DNA of 55,023 nucleotides from an uncultured Chlorobiales bacterium (lineage in GTDB: Bacteria > Bacteroidota > Chlorobiia > Chlorobiales > Thermochlorobacteraceae): positions 1-55,023 of the forward strand of contig CALKXI010000008.1 in NCBI GenBank assembly GCA_938003965.1. The letters run 5' to 3'. The notes below the pieces were generated by a model, which worked only from the letters and a program-made list of their open reading frames with translations, was not told the origin of the DNA and made no database searches. This document shows, one piece after another, positions 18,445-29,466 of the stretch. Positions within the stretch are counted from its first letter, which is position 1; every line of letters begins with the position of its first letter. Position numbers and translations under genes: made by a program.

Positions 18445-19583
18445 TCTTCTTGTTTGAAACGATAGACCAGCGTTCCTATCACCAAGCCAACCACATAGCC
18501 GTAAGGCACGCCGACGGCTAAAACGCCTGTCAAGAGCGCGACGAAAAAACTTTTCTTCTCACCCAAAAGGTCGCCCAAAAGTTTGATAAGCGAAATCCCC
18601 TCGAAGAAGAGAATCACGCCGAGAATCGGAAGCGGAAAAATTTTGACGACTTGTTCAAATCCTGACGCGAAGAAAAGACCAAGCACGAGATAGAAGAGAC
18701 CGTAAATGATAACCGAGCCACCCGTTCTGCCACCAAAAGCGTAATGCCCAACCATGCCGCCTGAGCCATGACAAATCGGAACGCCCGAAAAAAACGGCGA
18801 AATCAAATTCATGAATGAGTAAGTGAGCCCAATTTGTTGGATAGAAAGTTTTTTTTCAGGAAAGAGGTCGCTGGCGGTTTGCTTTGTGGCAAGAAGCGAA
18901 TTGCCAATCGAGAGTGGAATCTGCGGAAGAGCAAGCAATACAAAGCCTGTGGCGATGTGCTCCCAAGTCGGAACGAAAAACTTTGGGAGCGAAATGCTAA
19001 CAGATGTGCTTTCAAACAGTGCATCAGAGTGAAACACAAGGGCGTAACCGATGCCAAGCAGAATCACAATTAACGAGGCAGGATATTTCCGATTCCCAAG
19101 CAGAAAAAGCGTTATCAAAAATGCAACTGACGCAAGCGCGTAGCCGAGCGCGCCGTCCGCTGGCACATACTCTTTGAGCGAAAGCAAGGCAAGTTGCAAA
19201 CCTAAGCCAAACTGAATGCCGCGCACAACGGCTTTCGGAATTGCCTTGCTAAGCCACGCAAGCGCACCCGAAAGCGAAAGCACAAGCATCACAACGCCAA
19301 TCGCAAGTCCTGCGCCGAAAAGAACCGCGCCCTCAATCTTTTGTGCAATCACCAATGCCGCCATGGCTTTAAGCGGTTGAACGGGCATCGGCATTTGGTA
19401 GAAAAGTGCAGTTAAAATTTGCATGCCGCCAAAAACGATGAGCGTGCTCGCGGCGTCCAACTTTGCGGCGAGAATAATGCCCACAAGAAGCGGTAAGTCA
19501 GTGCCAATGTCGCCAAACGCGCCTGCAAGTTCATTGCGGTCGAAGCGAATTGAGAAGGGATAGCGCAAAAGAGGTAGTTGCAT
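18441..19583 (-). CDS. MOT1-type molybdate/sulfate transporter
   Basis: ELAGAFGDIGT, PMPVQPLKAMAA, PICHGSGGMVGHYAFGGRTG; ATG 19583. Confidence 0.82.
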   Translation of the reverse strand: MQLPLLRYPFSIRFDRNELAGAFGDIGTDLPLLVGIILAAKLDAASTLIVFGGMQILTALFYQMPMPVQPLKAMAALVIAQKIEGAVLFGAGLAIGVVMLVLSLSGALAWLSKAIPKAVVRGIQFGLGLQLALLSLKEYVPADGALGYALASVAFLITLFLLGNRKYPASLIVILLGIGYALVFHSDALFESTSVSISLPKFFVPTWEHIATGFVLLALPQIPLSIGNSLLATKQTASDLFPEKKLSIQQIGLTYSFMNLISPFFSGVPICHGSGGMVGHYAFGGRTGGSVIIYGLFYLVLGLFFASGFEQVVKIFPLPILGVILFFEGISLIKLLGDLLGEKKSFFVALLTGVLAVGVPYGYVVGLVIGTLVYRFKQED

Positions 19584-19661
19584 GAACTTAAAAGTTGAAA
19601 TCAAAGGGTGAGTTTGCTATCTTGAATCCTTTTAAACCAAGACAAACTCGCCTTGCCAGCG

Positions 19662-22265
19662 ATGAAACACCGAGCGACAAAATCGCGCGTTGCTCCCAAC
19701 GCCCAAAAACAAGTGCATTCAGACCCAGCCGTTCAGTGCCGACAACTCGCCGAACTTAACCAAACAGCTTGGGAATTAAGATTGACGGATAAAGACACTT
19801 CAAAAAAACTTGCACTCGAAGCAAAAGACCTCGCAACTCGATTGAATGAAAAAGCAGAACTGGCGCAAAGCCTGATGACCCTTGCTATCATAGATTTTCA
19901 AAACGATGAGGTGGAAACTGCGCTTGCCATCGGCGAAGAAGCGTATCGTGTCATTGAGTCCCTATCAAAGAGCCTGCGCGAAAGCCTCTTGATGAGAAGC
20001 CTAAACTTCTTGGCTGGTGCTCATTATCGTTTGGGCAATTACGCCGTTGCGCTCGAACTCTATCTTAAAAACCTCAATGAAATTGCAAGCATTGATGCTG
20101 AGCAAAAAGAGATTAAGCAAGATAAAGCGAACCTCTTTAATAATCTCACAGGCGTTTATGGTGCGCTTGGCAACTACGAAATGGCAATCGCAATGGCAAG
20201 GCAAACGATTGATATGCGGCGAGAACTCGGCGATAGTCAAGGGCTTGCATCTGCGTTGCTCAACATGGGCAATGCGTGCTTGCGCCAACGCCAATTTGAA
20301 GACGCCTTGCGCTACTACAACGAAAGCCTACAATGTTGCCAAGAAGCAGGTCTCAAACGCGGGCAGGGCGCGGCATACTACGCCATCAGCAACGTCTATG
20401 CGGAACAAGAGCGATTCGAAGACGCCATGCCTAACTTTGAAAAAGCACTGGCATTAACGACGGAACATCACGATACAAACAACCGAATCTTCGCGCTTCA
20501 AGCCATCGGGAAAATTTATGCCAAGAAGGCATTTTCAAAATTCAACATCGAGAAAGCCTTTACGCTTCTTGACGATGCACTCAAAGAAGCTGAGTCGCTC
20601 CAAAATAAACGCGCTATTTATTCCATTCTCAAAGAATTAGCGATTGCACATGAAACCAATGGAAACTTTGAAGAATCGCTTCGCTATGAGCGTGCCTACC
20701 GTGATTTGAGAGACGAACTCGTCGGCGAAGAACAGCAAAAGCGCACGCAATCGTTGATGATTCTTCACAAGACTGAGCAAGCCAAAAAAGATGCAGAACT
20801 CGAACGCCTCAAAAACATTGAACTTGCCAACGCCTTGAAAAACGTCGAGGAAGCCAACGCTTTCAAAACTGAACTCTTAGGCATCGCCGCGCACGACCTC
20901 AAAAACCCGCTTCAAGTCATTCAAGGCTTTGCCGCACTCATTGAGGAAGGAGAGAACAGCGAGCAGGTAAAACAATTTGCGAAGACGATTCAATCGTCCT
21001 CAACACGAATGCTCAAACTCATCAAAGATTTGCTCGAGACCGCCGCCTTAGATTCGGGCAAACTCGACCTCAATAAAACGCCGACGAATGTTGCGGATTT
21101 GCTTCGCGCCGTTGCCGAACACAATCGCCCAAACGCCGAAAAGAAATCGCAAACCCTCGAACTCGACCTTGCTCAAAATTGCCTCGCCGAACTCGATGTA
21201 GAACGCATGCGCGAGGTGTTTGAAAACCTTGTCTCCAACGCCATCAAGTATTCGCCCAAAGGCAAGCGGATTCAAGTGAGCATGAGGCGTGAAGGAGAAA
21301 TGGTGTGCGTGGCAGTCAAAGATGAAGGACAAGGCTTAACGGAAGCCGATAAAGAAAAACTTTTCGGAAAGTTTCAGCGGCTTTCGGCGCGACCAACGGG
21401 CGGAGAAAGTTCAACAGGATTGGGCTTATCGATTGTCAAGCAACTCGTAGAATTGCACGGCGGCAAAGTGTGGGCAGAGTCGGACGGCAAAGATAAAGGC
21501 GCAACGTTTTTCGTCGAGTTGCCAATTCTTGAAATTGAACAACAAGTCGAGAGTGCCAAAAAAGAAACGACGACCGCGCCGCCGCGCAAGGCGACTCAGC
21601 ATCGCGCTTCGGCTCGGCGTAAAAAATCGACTCAAAAGAAAATTCGCGTCTCGGTGGTCGAAGACCTCGTCGAGTTTCGCGACCGCATGGTCAACTTGCT
21701 CTCAAATGACGAAGGGATTGAATTTAGAGGCGAATTTGGTTCGGTTGAAGATGCCTTGATTGCAATGCCTGAAGTCGACGTGGTGCTAATGGACATTGGC
21801 TTGCCCGGGATGTCGGGCATTGAGGCGATTGCAAAAGTGAAAGAAAAATTTCCTGACTCGAGAATCATCATGCTGACGGTTTTCAGCGACGATAAGCATA
21901 TTTCACGAGCGATAATGGCGGGCGCAAGCGGCTATCTCTTGAAGAACTCGCCCCATCATCAAATTCACGAGGCAATTACGCAAGCAATCGAGGGCGGCAT
22001 GCCGATTTCGGCGGGCGTTGCCATGCGCATTATTCACTTGTATCAGCAATACGCGCCGCCTGAAAACTCGGACGTTGGGCTGACCAAACGCGAAAAAGAA
22101 ATTCTCGCCTTGCTTGTCGAGGGTTTATCCTTCGCGCAAATTTCCGACAAACTCTTCATCAGTTTCAACACGGTTGTCAATCACATGCGAAATGTGTATG
22201 AAAAATTGCATGTGCATTCCAAATCGGAAGTAGTTGCCAAAGCCATTCGAGAAGGATTGATTTAG
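19662..22265 (+). CDS. Hybrid regulator: TPR repeats + HisKA + HATPase_c + receiver + LuxR/NarL HTH
   Basis: TPR-like repeats (LGNYAVALELY, LGNYEMAIAM, ALLNMGNA, AYYAISNVY); AAHDLKNPL; NLVSNAIKY, DEGQG, STGLGL; VVED/LMDIGLPGMSG/MLT/GYLLK; LTKREKEIL...HMRNVYEKL. Confidence 0.9.
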   Translation: MKHRATKSRVAPNAQKQVHSDPAVQCRQLAELNQTAWELRLTDKDTSKKLALEAKDLATRLNEKAELAQSLMTLAIIDFQNDEVETALAIGEEAYRVIESLSKSLRESLLMRSLNFLAGAHYRLGNYAVALELYLKNLNEIASIDAEQKEIKQDKANLFNNLTGVYGALGNYEMAIAMARQTIDMRRELGDSQGLASALLNMGNACLRQRQFEDALRYYNESLQCCQEAGLKRGQGAAYYAISNVYAEQERFEDAMPNFEKALALTTEHHDTNNRIFALQAIGKIYAKKAFSKFNIEKAFTLLDDALKEAESLQNKRAIYSILKELAIAHETNGNFEESLRYERAYRDLRDELVGEEQQKRTQSLMILHKTEQAKKDAELERLKNIELANALKNVEEANAFKTELLGIAAHDLKNPLQVIQGFAALIEEGENSEQVKQFAKTIQSSSTRMLKLIKDLLETAALDSGKLDLNKTPTNVADLLRAVAEHNRPNAEKKSQTLELDLAQNCLAELDVERMREVFENLVSNAIKYSPKGKRIQVSMRREGEMVCVAVKDEGQGLTEADKEKLFGKFQRLSARPTGGESSTGLGLSIVKQLVELHGGKVWAESDGKDKGATFFVELPILEIEQQVESAKKETTTAPPRKATQHRASARRKKSTQKKIRVSVVEDLVEFRDRMVNLLSNDEGIEFRGEFGSVEDALIAMPEVDVVLMDIGLPGMSGIEAIAKVKEKFPDSRIIMLTVFSDDKHISRAIMAGASGYLLKNSPHHQIHEAITQAIEGGMPISAGVAMRIIHLYQQYAPPENSDVGLTKREKEILALLVEGLSFAQISDKLFISFNTVVNHMRNVYEKLHVHSKSEVVAKAIREGLI

Positions 22266-22370
22266 GGAGTTACTCGCCTGCGCTGTTACAACTCGGCGAT
22301 TGAGAGTTTTTCCGTATTATTTCGCCGCAACTCCAAAGAATTGATTTTCCAAACGCATCGAAACTTCACA

Positions 22371-25010
22371 GTGGCAAAGCGCGACGAAACGCCGCTCATG
22401 CGGCAATACGATAAAATCAAATCGCAATATCCGAACGTGATTCTGCTCTTTCGCGTCGGCGATTTTTACGAAACATTTTATGATGATGCGAAGGAAGTCT
22501 CGAACGCGCTCGGCATTGTCTTGACGAAACGCTCAAATGGTGCGGCGGCAGATGTGCCGCTGGCAGGCTTCCCACAACACGCGCTCGAGAACTATGTGGC
22601 AAGGCTCGTGAAAAAAGGATTTCGCGTGGCAGTCTGTGAGCAAATGGAAGACCCGAAATTTGCGCGCGGCATTGTCAAGCGCGAAGTGGTCGACATCGTT
22701 ACGCCCGGCGTCAATTTCAGCGACCGACTGCTCGACGAAAAAAAGAACAACTACCTCTGCGCTGTTCATTTCCAAAAAGAGCGTCAGTTTGAGTTTGTTG
22801 GTGTGGCGTTCATTGATGTAACCACAGCAGAATTTCAAGCCACAGAAGTTACCGCTCCAAAACTCAAAGAAGTTTTAGAGACCATTCAGCCGTCGGAAAT
22901 CATCATCTCCAAAAAGCAGAAAGAGCGAAAAGCCTTGCTCTCCGAAGCGATGGGGCGCGAAATGCCCTTCACCGAATTGGACGAGTGGCTGTTTAGTTTG
23001 GATTACGCCGAACAAACCCTGCGCAATCACTTCAAAACGCATTCGCTCAAAGGCTTTGGCATTGAAGAGATGCCCGCCGCTAAGGTCGCCGCCTCCGTCA
23101 TTCTTAACTATCTCGAAGAAACCCAGCGCGGCAAACTGCAATACATTCAACGCCTCTCGCGGTTTGAAACAGGCACGCTCGTTGCGCTCGATGTTCAAAC
23201 CAAACGCAATTTGGAAATTATTGCGTCAATGCACGATGGCTCGCGCGATGGCACGCTTATCGATGTGCTGGATAAAACGCAAACCGCAATGGGCGCACGC
23301 TTGTTCAAGAAATGGCTTGCGCGTCCGTCTCGCGATGTATCGCTCATTCAGGAACGGCTCGATGCAATCGAAGAACTCAAAGAGAATCGCACCTTGCGCC
23401 GTGAAGTGCGCGAATCGCTCAAAAAAATGTGCGACCTTGAACGCGCCCTCTCGCGCATTGCAACTCATCGTGCGAATCCAAAAGAAGTGCTTGCGCTCAG
23501 TGCCTCGCTTCGCGAATTGCCATCGCTAAAAACGGTGCTGGCTTCTGTGCAATCCACGATGCTCCAATCAATTCACGCGCAACTCGATGAATGCGCCGAC
23601 CTTGCACAGAAAATCGACGACGCGCTCTCACCCGATGCGCCCGTCAACGTTGCCGATGGCGGCGTCATTAAACAAGGCTACAACGCCGAACTTGACGACT
23701 ACCGCGACACTGCCAACAACGCCAAAGACCGATTGCTCCAAATTCAAACCGAAGAGCGCGAGAAAACGGGCATTGCTTCGCTCAAAGTGCTTTACAACAA
23801 AGTCTTCGGCTATTACATCGAAATCAGCAACGCCAATAAATCCAAAGTGCCAAGCCACTACGAGCGCAAGCAAACGATGGTCAATGCCGAGCGATACACC
23901 ATTCCAATCTTGAAAGAGCTCGAGCAAAAAATTTTAACCGCCGAAGAAAAAATGGGCGAATTGGAAGCAAGGCTGTTCAGTGAGTTGCGCCAAGCGATTG
24001 CATCGGAATCGGAACGCCTTCAACAAAATGCCACTGCTCTTGCGTCGCTCGATTGCCTTGCTTCGCTGGCTGAATGTGCCGAGCAATACGATTACGTCAA
24101 GCCAATCGTGAGCGAAACGGATAGCATCATCATTAAAGACGGACGCCACCCTGTTTTGGAACGCCTCATGCCCGAAGGCGAAAAGTATGTGCCGAACGAC
24201 TGCACGCTCAACCGTCAGGAACGCGTGCTCATCATTACAGGACCAAACATGGCAGGCAAAAGTTCATACTTGCGTCAAGTCGGGTTGATTGTCTTGCTGG
24301 CGCAAGTGGGCAGTTTCGTGCCTGCATCGAGTGCGGAGATTGGAATCGTTGATAAAATTTTCACGCGCGTTGGTGCGTCTGACAATCTCGCCGCAGGCGA
24401 AAGCACCTTTCTTGTCGAGATGAACGAAGCGGCAAACATCTTAAACAACGCTACAGAAAAAAGTTTGATTTTGCTCGATGAAATCGGGCGTGGCACAAGC
24501 ACCTACGACGGCATGTCGATTGCATGGGCAATAACCGAGTATATTCACAATCACATCGGCGCGAAAACGCTTTTCGCTACGCACTATCACGAACTTGCCG
24601 AATTAGAAGAGCATCTTGTAGCAGTGAAAAACTACAACGCTACGGTTGCTGAAACGGCAGATAAGGTCATCTTTCTCCGAAAAATCGCGCGCGGTGCGGC
24701 AGATAACAGCTACGGCATTGAAGTCGCGAAAATGGCAGGCTTGCCCCAACAAGTCATTTCACGTGCAAAAGAAATTTTGGCTGAACTCGAGTCGCGTGAG
24801 GAACTTCCTGAAACGGCAAACAAAGCCGCAGTTAAAAACAAGGTCAAAGCCATTAAGCCCAAAACGCCTGATTTGCAAATCTCGCTTTTTGAAATCGGCG
24901 ATACGAAACTCAAAGAGGCACTCCAAAAACTTGACCTCAATAAACTCACACCGATTGAAGCGATGATGAAACTTGTCGAGCTCAAACAGATGGCGGAAGA
25001 CGGGTTATAG
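22371..25010 (+). CDS. mutS: DNA mismatch repair protein MutS
   Basis: TPLMRQY, GDFYE, GPNMAGKS, STFLVEM, DEIGRGT, ATHYHE; GTG 22371. Confidence 0.97.
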   Translation: MAKRDETPLMRQYDKIKSQYPNVILLFRVGDFYETFYDDAKEVSNALGIVLTKRSNGAAADVPLAGFPQHALENYVARLVKKGFRVAVCEQMEDPKFARGIVKREVVDIVTPGVNFSDRLLDEKKNNYLCAVHFQKERQFEFVGVAFIDVTTAEFQATEVTAPKLKEVLETIQPSEIIISKKQKERKALLSEAMGREMPFTELDEWLFSLDYAEQTLRNHFKTHSLKGFGIEEMPAAKVAASVILNYLEETQRGKLQYIQRLSRFETGTLVALDVQTKRNLEIIASMHDGSRDGTLIDVLDKTQTAMGARLFKKWLARPSRDVSLIQERLDAIEELKENRTLRREVRESLKKMCDLERALSRIATHRANPKEVLALSASLRELPSLKTVLASVQSTMLQSIHAQLDECADLAQKIDDALSPDAPVNVADGGVIKQGYNAELDDYRDTANNAKDRLLQIQTEEREKTGIASLKVLYNKVFGYYIEISNANKSKVPSHYERKQTMVNAERYTIPILKELEQKILTAEEKMGELEARLFSELRQAIASESERLQQNATALASLDCLASLAECAEQYDYVKPIVSETDSIIIKDGRHPVLERLMPEGEKYVPNDCTLNRQERVLIITGPNMAGKSSYLRQVGLIVLLAQVGSFVPASSAEIGIVDKIFTRVGASDNLAAGESTFLVEMNEAANILNNATEKSLILLDEIGRGTSTYDGMSIAWAITEYIHNHIGAKTLFATHYHELAELEEHLVAVKNYNATVAETADKVIFLRKIARGAADNSYGIEVAKMAGLPQQVISRAKEILAELESREELPETANKAAVKNKVKAIKPKTPDLQISLFEIGDTKLKEALQKLDLNKLTPIEAMMKLVELKQMAEDGL

Positions 25011-26142
25011 ACACTCCTTGTAAAAGTTCACAACGGCATCGGTATTGGTGCGAACGTCGAAGTTGGCTTTTACATATACCAATCCTTTTGTTTGATAGGC
25101 GCGCATCAAGTCAGTGTTTTGCATCAGTTCAGCGATTGTGCGGGCAATTTCATCAGGTGATTTTTCGCGCACCATCACGCCATTTCCATTGACAAGTGCT
25201 TCTCGCAAACCTGAAGTATCTGTGCCAAGCGCGGACCGTGCCACAAGTCATCGCTTCAACCATGACGCGCGGCAACCCTTCAACACCTTCGTGAGAAGGA
25301 AGCACAAGCACACCGCATGCTTGCATCAAGGCATGAACATCATTCCGCTGTCCTAAATAACGCACATTTAAGTTTTCTTGTTGGATTTTAGCTCGAACTT
25401 CGGGCAAAGTGTGTTCGTCAATCGGCAAGCCTGCGATTGAGCAAAAGCGGCTGTTCGGCATCAGGCAACATCGTTTTGAGCAGTTTTATCGCGTTCAGAA
25501 TATCAAAAATACCTTTGCCGGTTTTGACTTGTCCAACAAAGAGCAAAATGAATCTGTCAATCGGTAATGGTAATGCGTGTCGTAACGAAAGTTTATCATC
25601 GACAGGTTTGAAGCGAAAAAGTCTATGCCGTCAAAAATGGTGCGTTTTTTTGCAGATGGAAATTGCGGCAAACGTGCGCTCGCGCCGTCGGAAACGCCGA
25701 TGATGGCGTCGGCAGCGCGTTCAATGAGATGGTCAAACTTGCTTGGAGATGTCAGGCGTGCATGAAAAATGCGTTTCGCCGATGTATGCTTTTTGGCATA
25801 TCCACAGGCAACGGCGTCGCGCTCTTCATCGACATGAAGCACCTGCAAGTTGTGTTCACGAATCAGCGAGCGAAGAAGAGGAATGTTGTTAAAAAAGCGT
25901 CGAGCTTCAAGAAGCCAACGTTTCCAAAAATAAGAACGGCGCAATTCTGCAAACGGAACAATGAACGTTGGGCAGTCTAATTGCTGAAGCAAGTTTGAAA
26001 GTTCGCCTTCGGCAGAGACGGCGGCAAAGGGTTTGACTTTGGTTCTGTCCAATTGTTCAATCATGGCGAGCATGCTTTTTTGTCCGCCCATTCGTGCGTG
26101 GTCGAAGTGGCTGGTGTAAAGCATGCGAATCGGAAAGTTCAC
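25005..26142 (-). pseudogene. GT4-family glycosyltransferase interrupted by three frameshifts
   Basis: GGQKS N-domain, then frame changes near 25618 (continues RFKPVDD...FVGQVKTGKGIFD), 25437 (IAG...EGLPRVMVEAM) and about 25235 (GTDTSGLREAL..NG). Confidence 0.8.
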
Positions 26143-26942
26143 CGCTCGAGCTGTTCAAGTTCAAGTTTATACCGTTCACAAAGCCTTGTCCAATCAACAA
26201 GCGGCGAGAGTTCGTTTTCTTGCATGTGCGAAGCAAGCGAAGGAATGGGGGAGACACAGAGTCCTTTATTGCCAAAGGTGAGCCGTCCATAAAGTTTGCG
26301 GCTAAGTAAGCCGTCTCTGGCACCGCGTGCGGATTCCATCATCACATTGGCAAATTGACGCACGGTTTTTCCTTCGGTTAAAAAAGTAAAAGTGGTGTGG
26401 CTCGTTTGTCGCCAATGGTTGAAGCGCGTCAGAAACAAAAGCGATTGAAATCGCCATTCAGGTTTGTAGCGAAGTGCATCATCGACAGGGGAAATGAACA
26501 GCGGCAGTTGGCTTGTATCGGTGGTGAATGGAGCAAGGTAGAATCGACGTGATTTGCGTTTCAACACTTCGTTGCGATGTGTGATGAGTTCGTGAATATA
26601 CTCGAAGGCAAACGGTTGATGAAGGTAATCGTCTTCGCAAAAGTAAATCCAATCAGTTTCAGGATAGCCTTGTGCAAGGCGAAACGATTGGCGAATCGAT
26701 TCATCGTTGCCATAAACGCCATTGGTAAGCGTAACGGGAAATCGTTTGAAAAAGGCTTGTATCTCGTCGGAAAGTTTATCGCCCAAAATAAAAATCTCGT
26801 GAGGCAAATGCTTGATGGATTGATAAAGGCTCAAGAAGCAAAGTTTGACGAGCGTGGTTTTGTCTAATCCGAAAGGTCGCTTTGCACCGTGCACGGAATT
26901 AACTGTATCGCAGGTGCGAAAAATAACGCGGTAGGTGAACAT
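26139..26942 (-). CDS. Putative GT-A fold (GT2-like) glycosyltransferase
   Basis: GNDES, WIYFCEDDYLH DxD-like motif, SPIPSLASH; GTGA overlap with the GT4 gene; ATG 26942. Confidence 0.6.
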   Translation of the reverse strand: MFTYRVIFRTCDTVNSVHGAKRPFGLDKTTLVKLCFLSLYQSIKHLPHEIFILGDKLSDEIQAFFKRFPVTLTNGVYGNDESIRQSFRLAQGYPETDWIYFCEDDYLHQPFAFEYIHELITHRNEVLKRKSRRFYLAPFTTDTSQLPLFISPVDDALRYKPEWRFQSLLFLTRFNHWRQTSHTTFTFLTEGKTVRQFANVMMESARGARDGLLSRKLYGRLTFGNKGLCVSPIPSLASHMQENELSPLVDWTRLCERYKLELEQLER

Positions 26943-26963
26943 GAAATTTGATGCGTTGAGTCT

Positions 26964-27015
26964 AAACAAAAAATCCCGCTCTGCCTTACCACTACTGCGA
27001 TGCAAAAGCGGGATT
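26964..27015 (-). terminator. Intrinsic terminator of pnp
   Basis: Minus strand AATCCCGCT...AGCGGGATT followed by TTTTGTTT. Confidence 0.7.
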
Positions 27016-27036
27016 CAACCATGTCAAGAAAATTTA

Positions 27037-29301
27037 TTAACGGGATGAGCGTCGGTCGTCGCGCCGACCATTCACACGTCCTGCGTCGCGATTGAACGAG
27101 CCTTCGGGGCGTGTTCCACGCGGTGGACGTTCAGCATGACCTTCAGGCTTTGGAAGCAAGGCTTTCGCTGAAAGTTTCAATCGCGTTTTGCCTGTCTTCG
27201 GGTCTTTCTGAATATCAATAAGTTTAACGGTAATGCGCTCGCCGGCTTTGAGTTTATCGCTGGCTTTGGAAATGCGCTCGTGTGAAATTTCCGAAATGTG
27301 TAGTAGCCCTTCTGTTTTGGGAAGGATTTCCACGAATGCACCGAGTTCATCACGAACTTCTTTGACGAGAGCATTTTCATAGACTGTTCCAACCTCGGGT
27401 TCGCTTGTGAGTCGCTTAATGAGCGCTGCGGCGCGTTCGGCGCCGTCGCCACTTGTCGATGCAATCGTGACCGTGCCATCGTCAGCAATGTCGATTTCTG
27501 TTCCGGTTTCGGCAATAATGCTGCGAATGGTTTCGCCACCTTTGCCAATGACAGTGCCAATAGCATCAACGGGAATTTGCATCGTCGTTAAGCGTGGCGC
27601 GTATTTGGACAGTTGAGGACGCGGCGCGGCAATGGCTTTTTCCATTTCGCCAAGAATGTGCAATCGTCCTTGTTTGGCTTGCTCTAAGGCTTTGGCGAGA
27701 ATGTCGTAATCTAGACCGTCTATTTTAATGTCCATTTGGCAAGCCGTAATTCCATCTTTTGTCCCTGCCACTTTGAAGTCCATATCGCCTAAGTGGTCTT
27801 CATTTCCGAGAATGTCGGAAAGAACGGCATATCGGTTGCCTTCTTTGATGAGTCCCATTGCAATTCCAGCGACTGGTTTCTTAATGGGGACGCCGGCGTC
27901 CATGACGGCTAATGTGCCACCACAAACTGATGCCATTGAAGAGGAACCGTTCGATTCCAAAATATCGGCGACAATGCGCATGGTGTAAGGAAACTCCGTT
28001 TCACTGGGCAACATTACTTTGATGGCTCGTTCAGCGAGATTGCCGTGTCCGATTTCGCGCCGACCGACGCCGGTCATTCTGCCGACTTCGCCGACTGAAA
28101 ATGGCGGAAAGTTGTAGTGTAGCATAAATCGCTTTTCAGGCTCTTCGACGAGCGTGTCGACAAGTTGTGCATCTTTGTTCGTGCCCAAGGTCAGCGTAAC
28201 GAGGGCTTGGGTTTCGCCGCGTGTAAAGAGTGCTGAGCCGTGTGCGCGTGGAAGCAAGCCAAGCTCAATCGAGATGGGACGAATGGTTGTAAGGTCGCGC
28301 CCGTCGAGCCGCTTGCCGCAGTTTAGGACAACTTCACGCATGGCTTTTTTCTCGAGGTCGTGAATGTAGCCTTTGATAACTTTTTCATTGAGGTAAATTG
28401 CTTTTTCGGGATTTGTGGCAAGCACTTCGTCTGTGATGTCAGCCTTGAATTTTTCGAGGGTGGCTTTTAGGGCTTCATCGTAGATGGCTTTGGTTTTATC
28501 AGCGCGCTCTTCTTTTTGAAGCGGTTCTTGTGCAAGGGCGTAGAGTTTGTCGTAACAAGCGGATTTGATGAAGTCTTTTAAGTCGTCAGGAACGACAGGC
28601 GGCGTGAAGGGGCGTTTTGGCTTGCCGCATTCTTTCATCATCTCTTCAAGCACACCGCATATTTTTTTGATGGCGCCATGCCCGAACTTAATTGCTTCAA
28701 GCATATCGGCTTCGGAGATTTCGTGCATTTCACCTTCAAGCATGCAAATGGTATCCTTTGTGCCGCCGATGCAAATATCCATATCGGATTCATCTAATTC
28801 TTCGGTGTGCGGATTGACGATGAACTCGCCATTGATTCTGCCAACGCGCACTTCTGCCATCGGCGTGTAGAAAGGAATGTCGGAAAAGCATAGCGCTGCC
28901 GAAGCTGCCACGCCGCCGAGCACATCAGCATCGTTGGTGCGGTCAGATGAAATCACCATCACAACAATTTGCGTTTCGTTGTAAAATCCGTCAGGAAAGA
29001 GCGGACGCAAGGCTCGGTCGATAAGGCGTGCTGAAAGAATTTCTTTTTCAGAAGGCTTGCCTTCTCGCTTAACAAAGCCACCCGGAAACCGACCAGCCGC
29101 TGAGTATTTCTCGCGAAACTCAACTTGAAGCGGAAAAAAATCTTGATTCGCTGATGCTTCTTTCTTTGCGACGGCTGTTGCTAAAACCATAGTGTCTTCC
29201 ATTGAAACAACAACCGCGCCGTCAGCTTGCTTTGCCATTTTGCCTGTTTCAATTTTCAGGACTTTCCCTTGTCCCAAATCAATTTCTCTTGTGAAAACCA
29301 T
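27037..29301 (-). CDS. pnp: Polyribonucleotide nucleotidyltransferase
   Basis: [33 protein letters not shown]; KH and S1 domains. Confidence 0.98.
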   Translation of the reverse strand: MVFTREIDLGQGKVLKIETGKMAKQADGAVVVSMEDTMVLATAVAKKEASANQDFFPLQVEFREKYSAAGRFPGGFVKREGKPSEKEILSARLIDRALRPLFPDGFYNETQIVVMVISSDRTNDADVLGGVAASAALCFSDIPFYTPMAEVRVGRINGEFIVNPHTEELDESDMDICIGGTKDTICMLEGEMHEISEADMLEAIKFGHGAIKKICGVLEEMMKECGKPKRPFTPPVVPDDLKDFIKSACYDKLYALAQEPLQKEERADKTKAIYDEALKATLEKFKADITDEVLATNPEKAIYLNEKVIKGYIHDLEKKAMREVVLNCGKRLDGRDLTTIRPISIELGLLPRAHGSALFTRGETQALVTLTLGTNKDAQLVDTLVEEPEKRFMLHYNFPPFSVGEVGRMTGVGRREIGHGNLAERAIKVMLPSETEFPYTMRIVADILESNGSSSMASVCGGTLAVMDAGVPIKKPVAGIAMGLIKEGNRYAVLSDILGNEDHLGDMDFKVAGTKDGITACQMDIKIDGLDYDILAKALEQAKQGRLHILGEMEKAIAAPRPQLSKYAPRLTTMQIPVDAIGTVIGKGGETIRSIIAETGTEIDIADDGTVTIASTSGDGAERAAALIKRLTSEPEVGTVYENALVKEVRDELGAFVEILPKTEGLLHISEISHERISKASDKLKAGERITVKLIDIQKDPKTGKTRLKLSAKALLPKPEGHAERPPRGTRPEGSFNRDAGRVNGRRDDRRSSR

Positions 29302-29372
29302 TGCTTGAATTGTGATTAGTTACGGCGCGAGCGTTTCGCGCCAAAGCGATTATTCTTCTCTCTTAAAGCGGG

Positions 29373-29380
29373 CAAATATA
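29373..29380 (-). promoter_or_regulatory. Putative -7 promoter element for pnp
   Basis: TATATTTG on minus strand matches TAnnTTTG, about 70 nt upstream of the ATG; weak -33 match. Confidence 0.55.
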
Positions 29381-29466
29381 GAAATATGCACGGGTTTGTG
29401 AAACCACCTTATCTCAATAGCGTCTTGTTTTTTGAAAAACGCTTGAAAAAAATGTCTGATAAAAAT

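Noticed and set aside
26975-27000. tRNA D-loop-like AGTGGTAAGGC on the minus strand downstream of pnp
   Set aside because: No cloverleaf or T arm; lies within the pnp terminator hairpin
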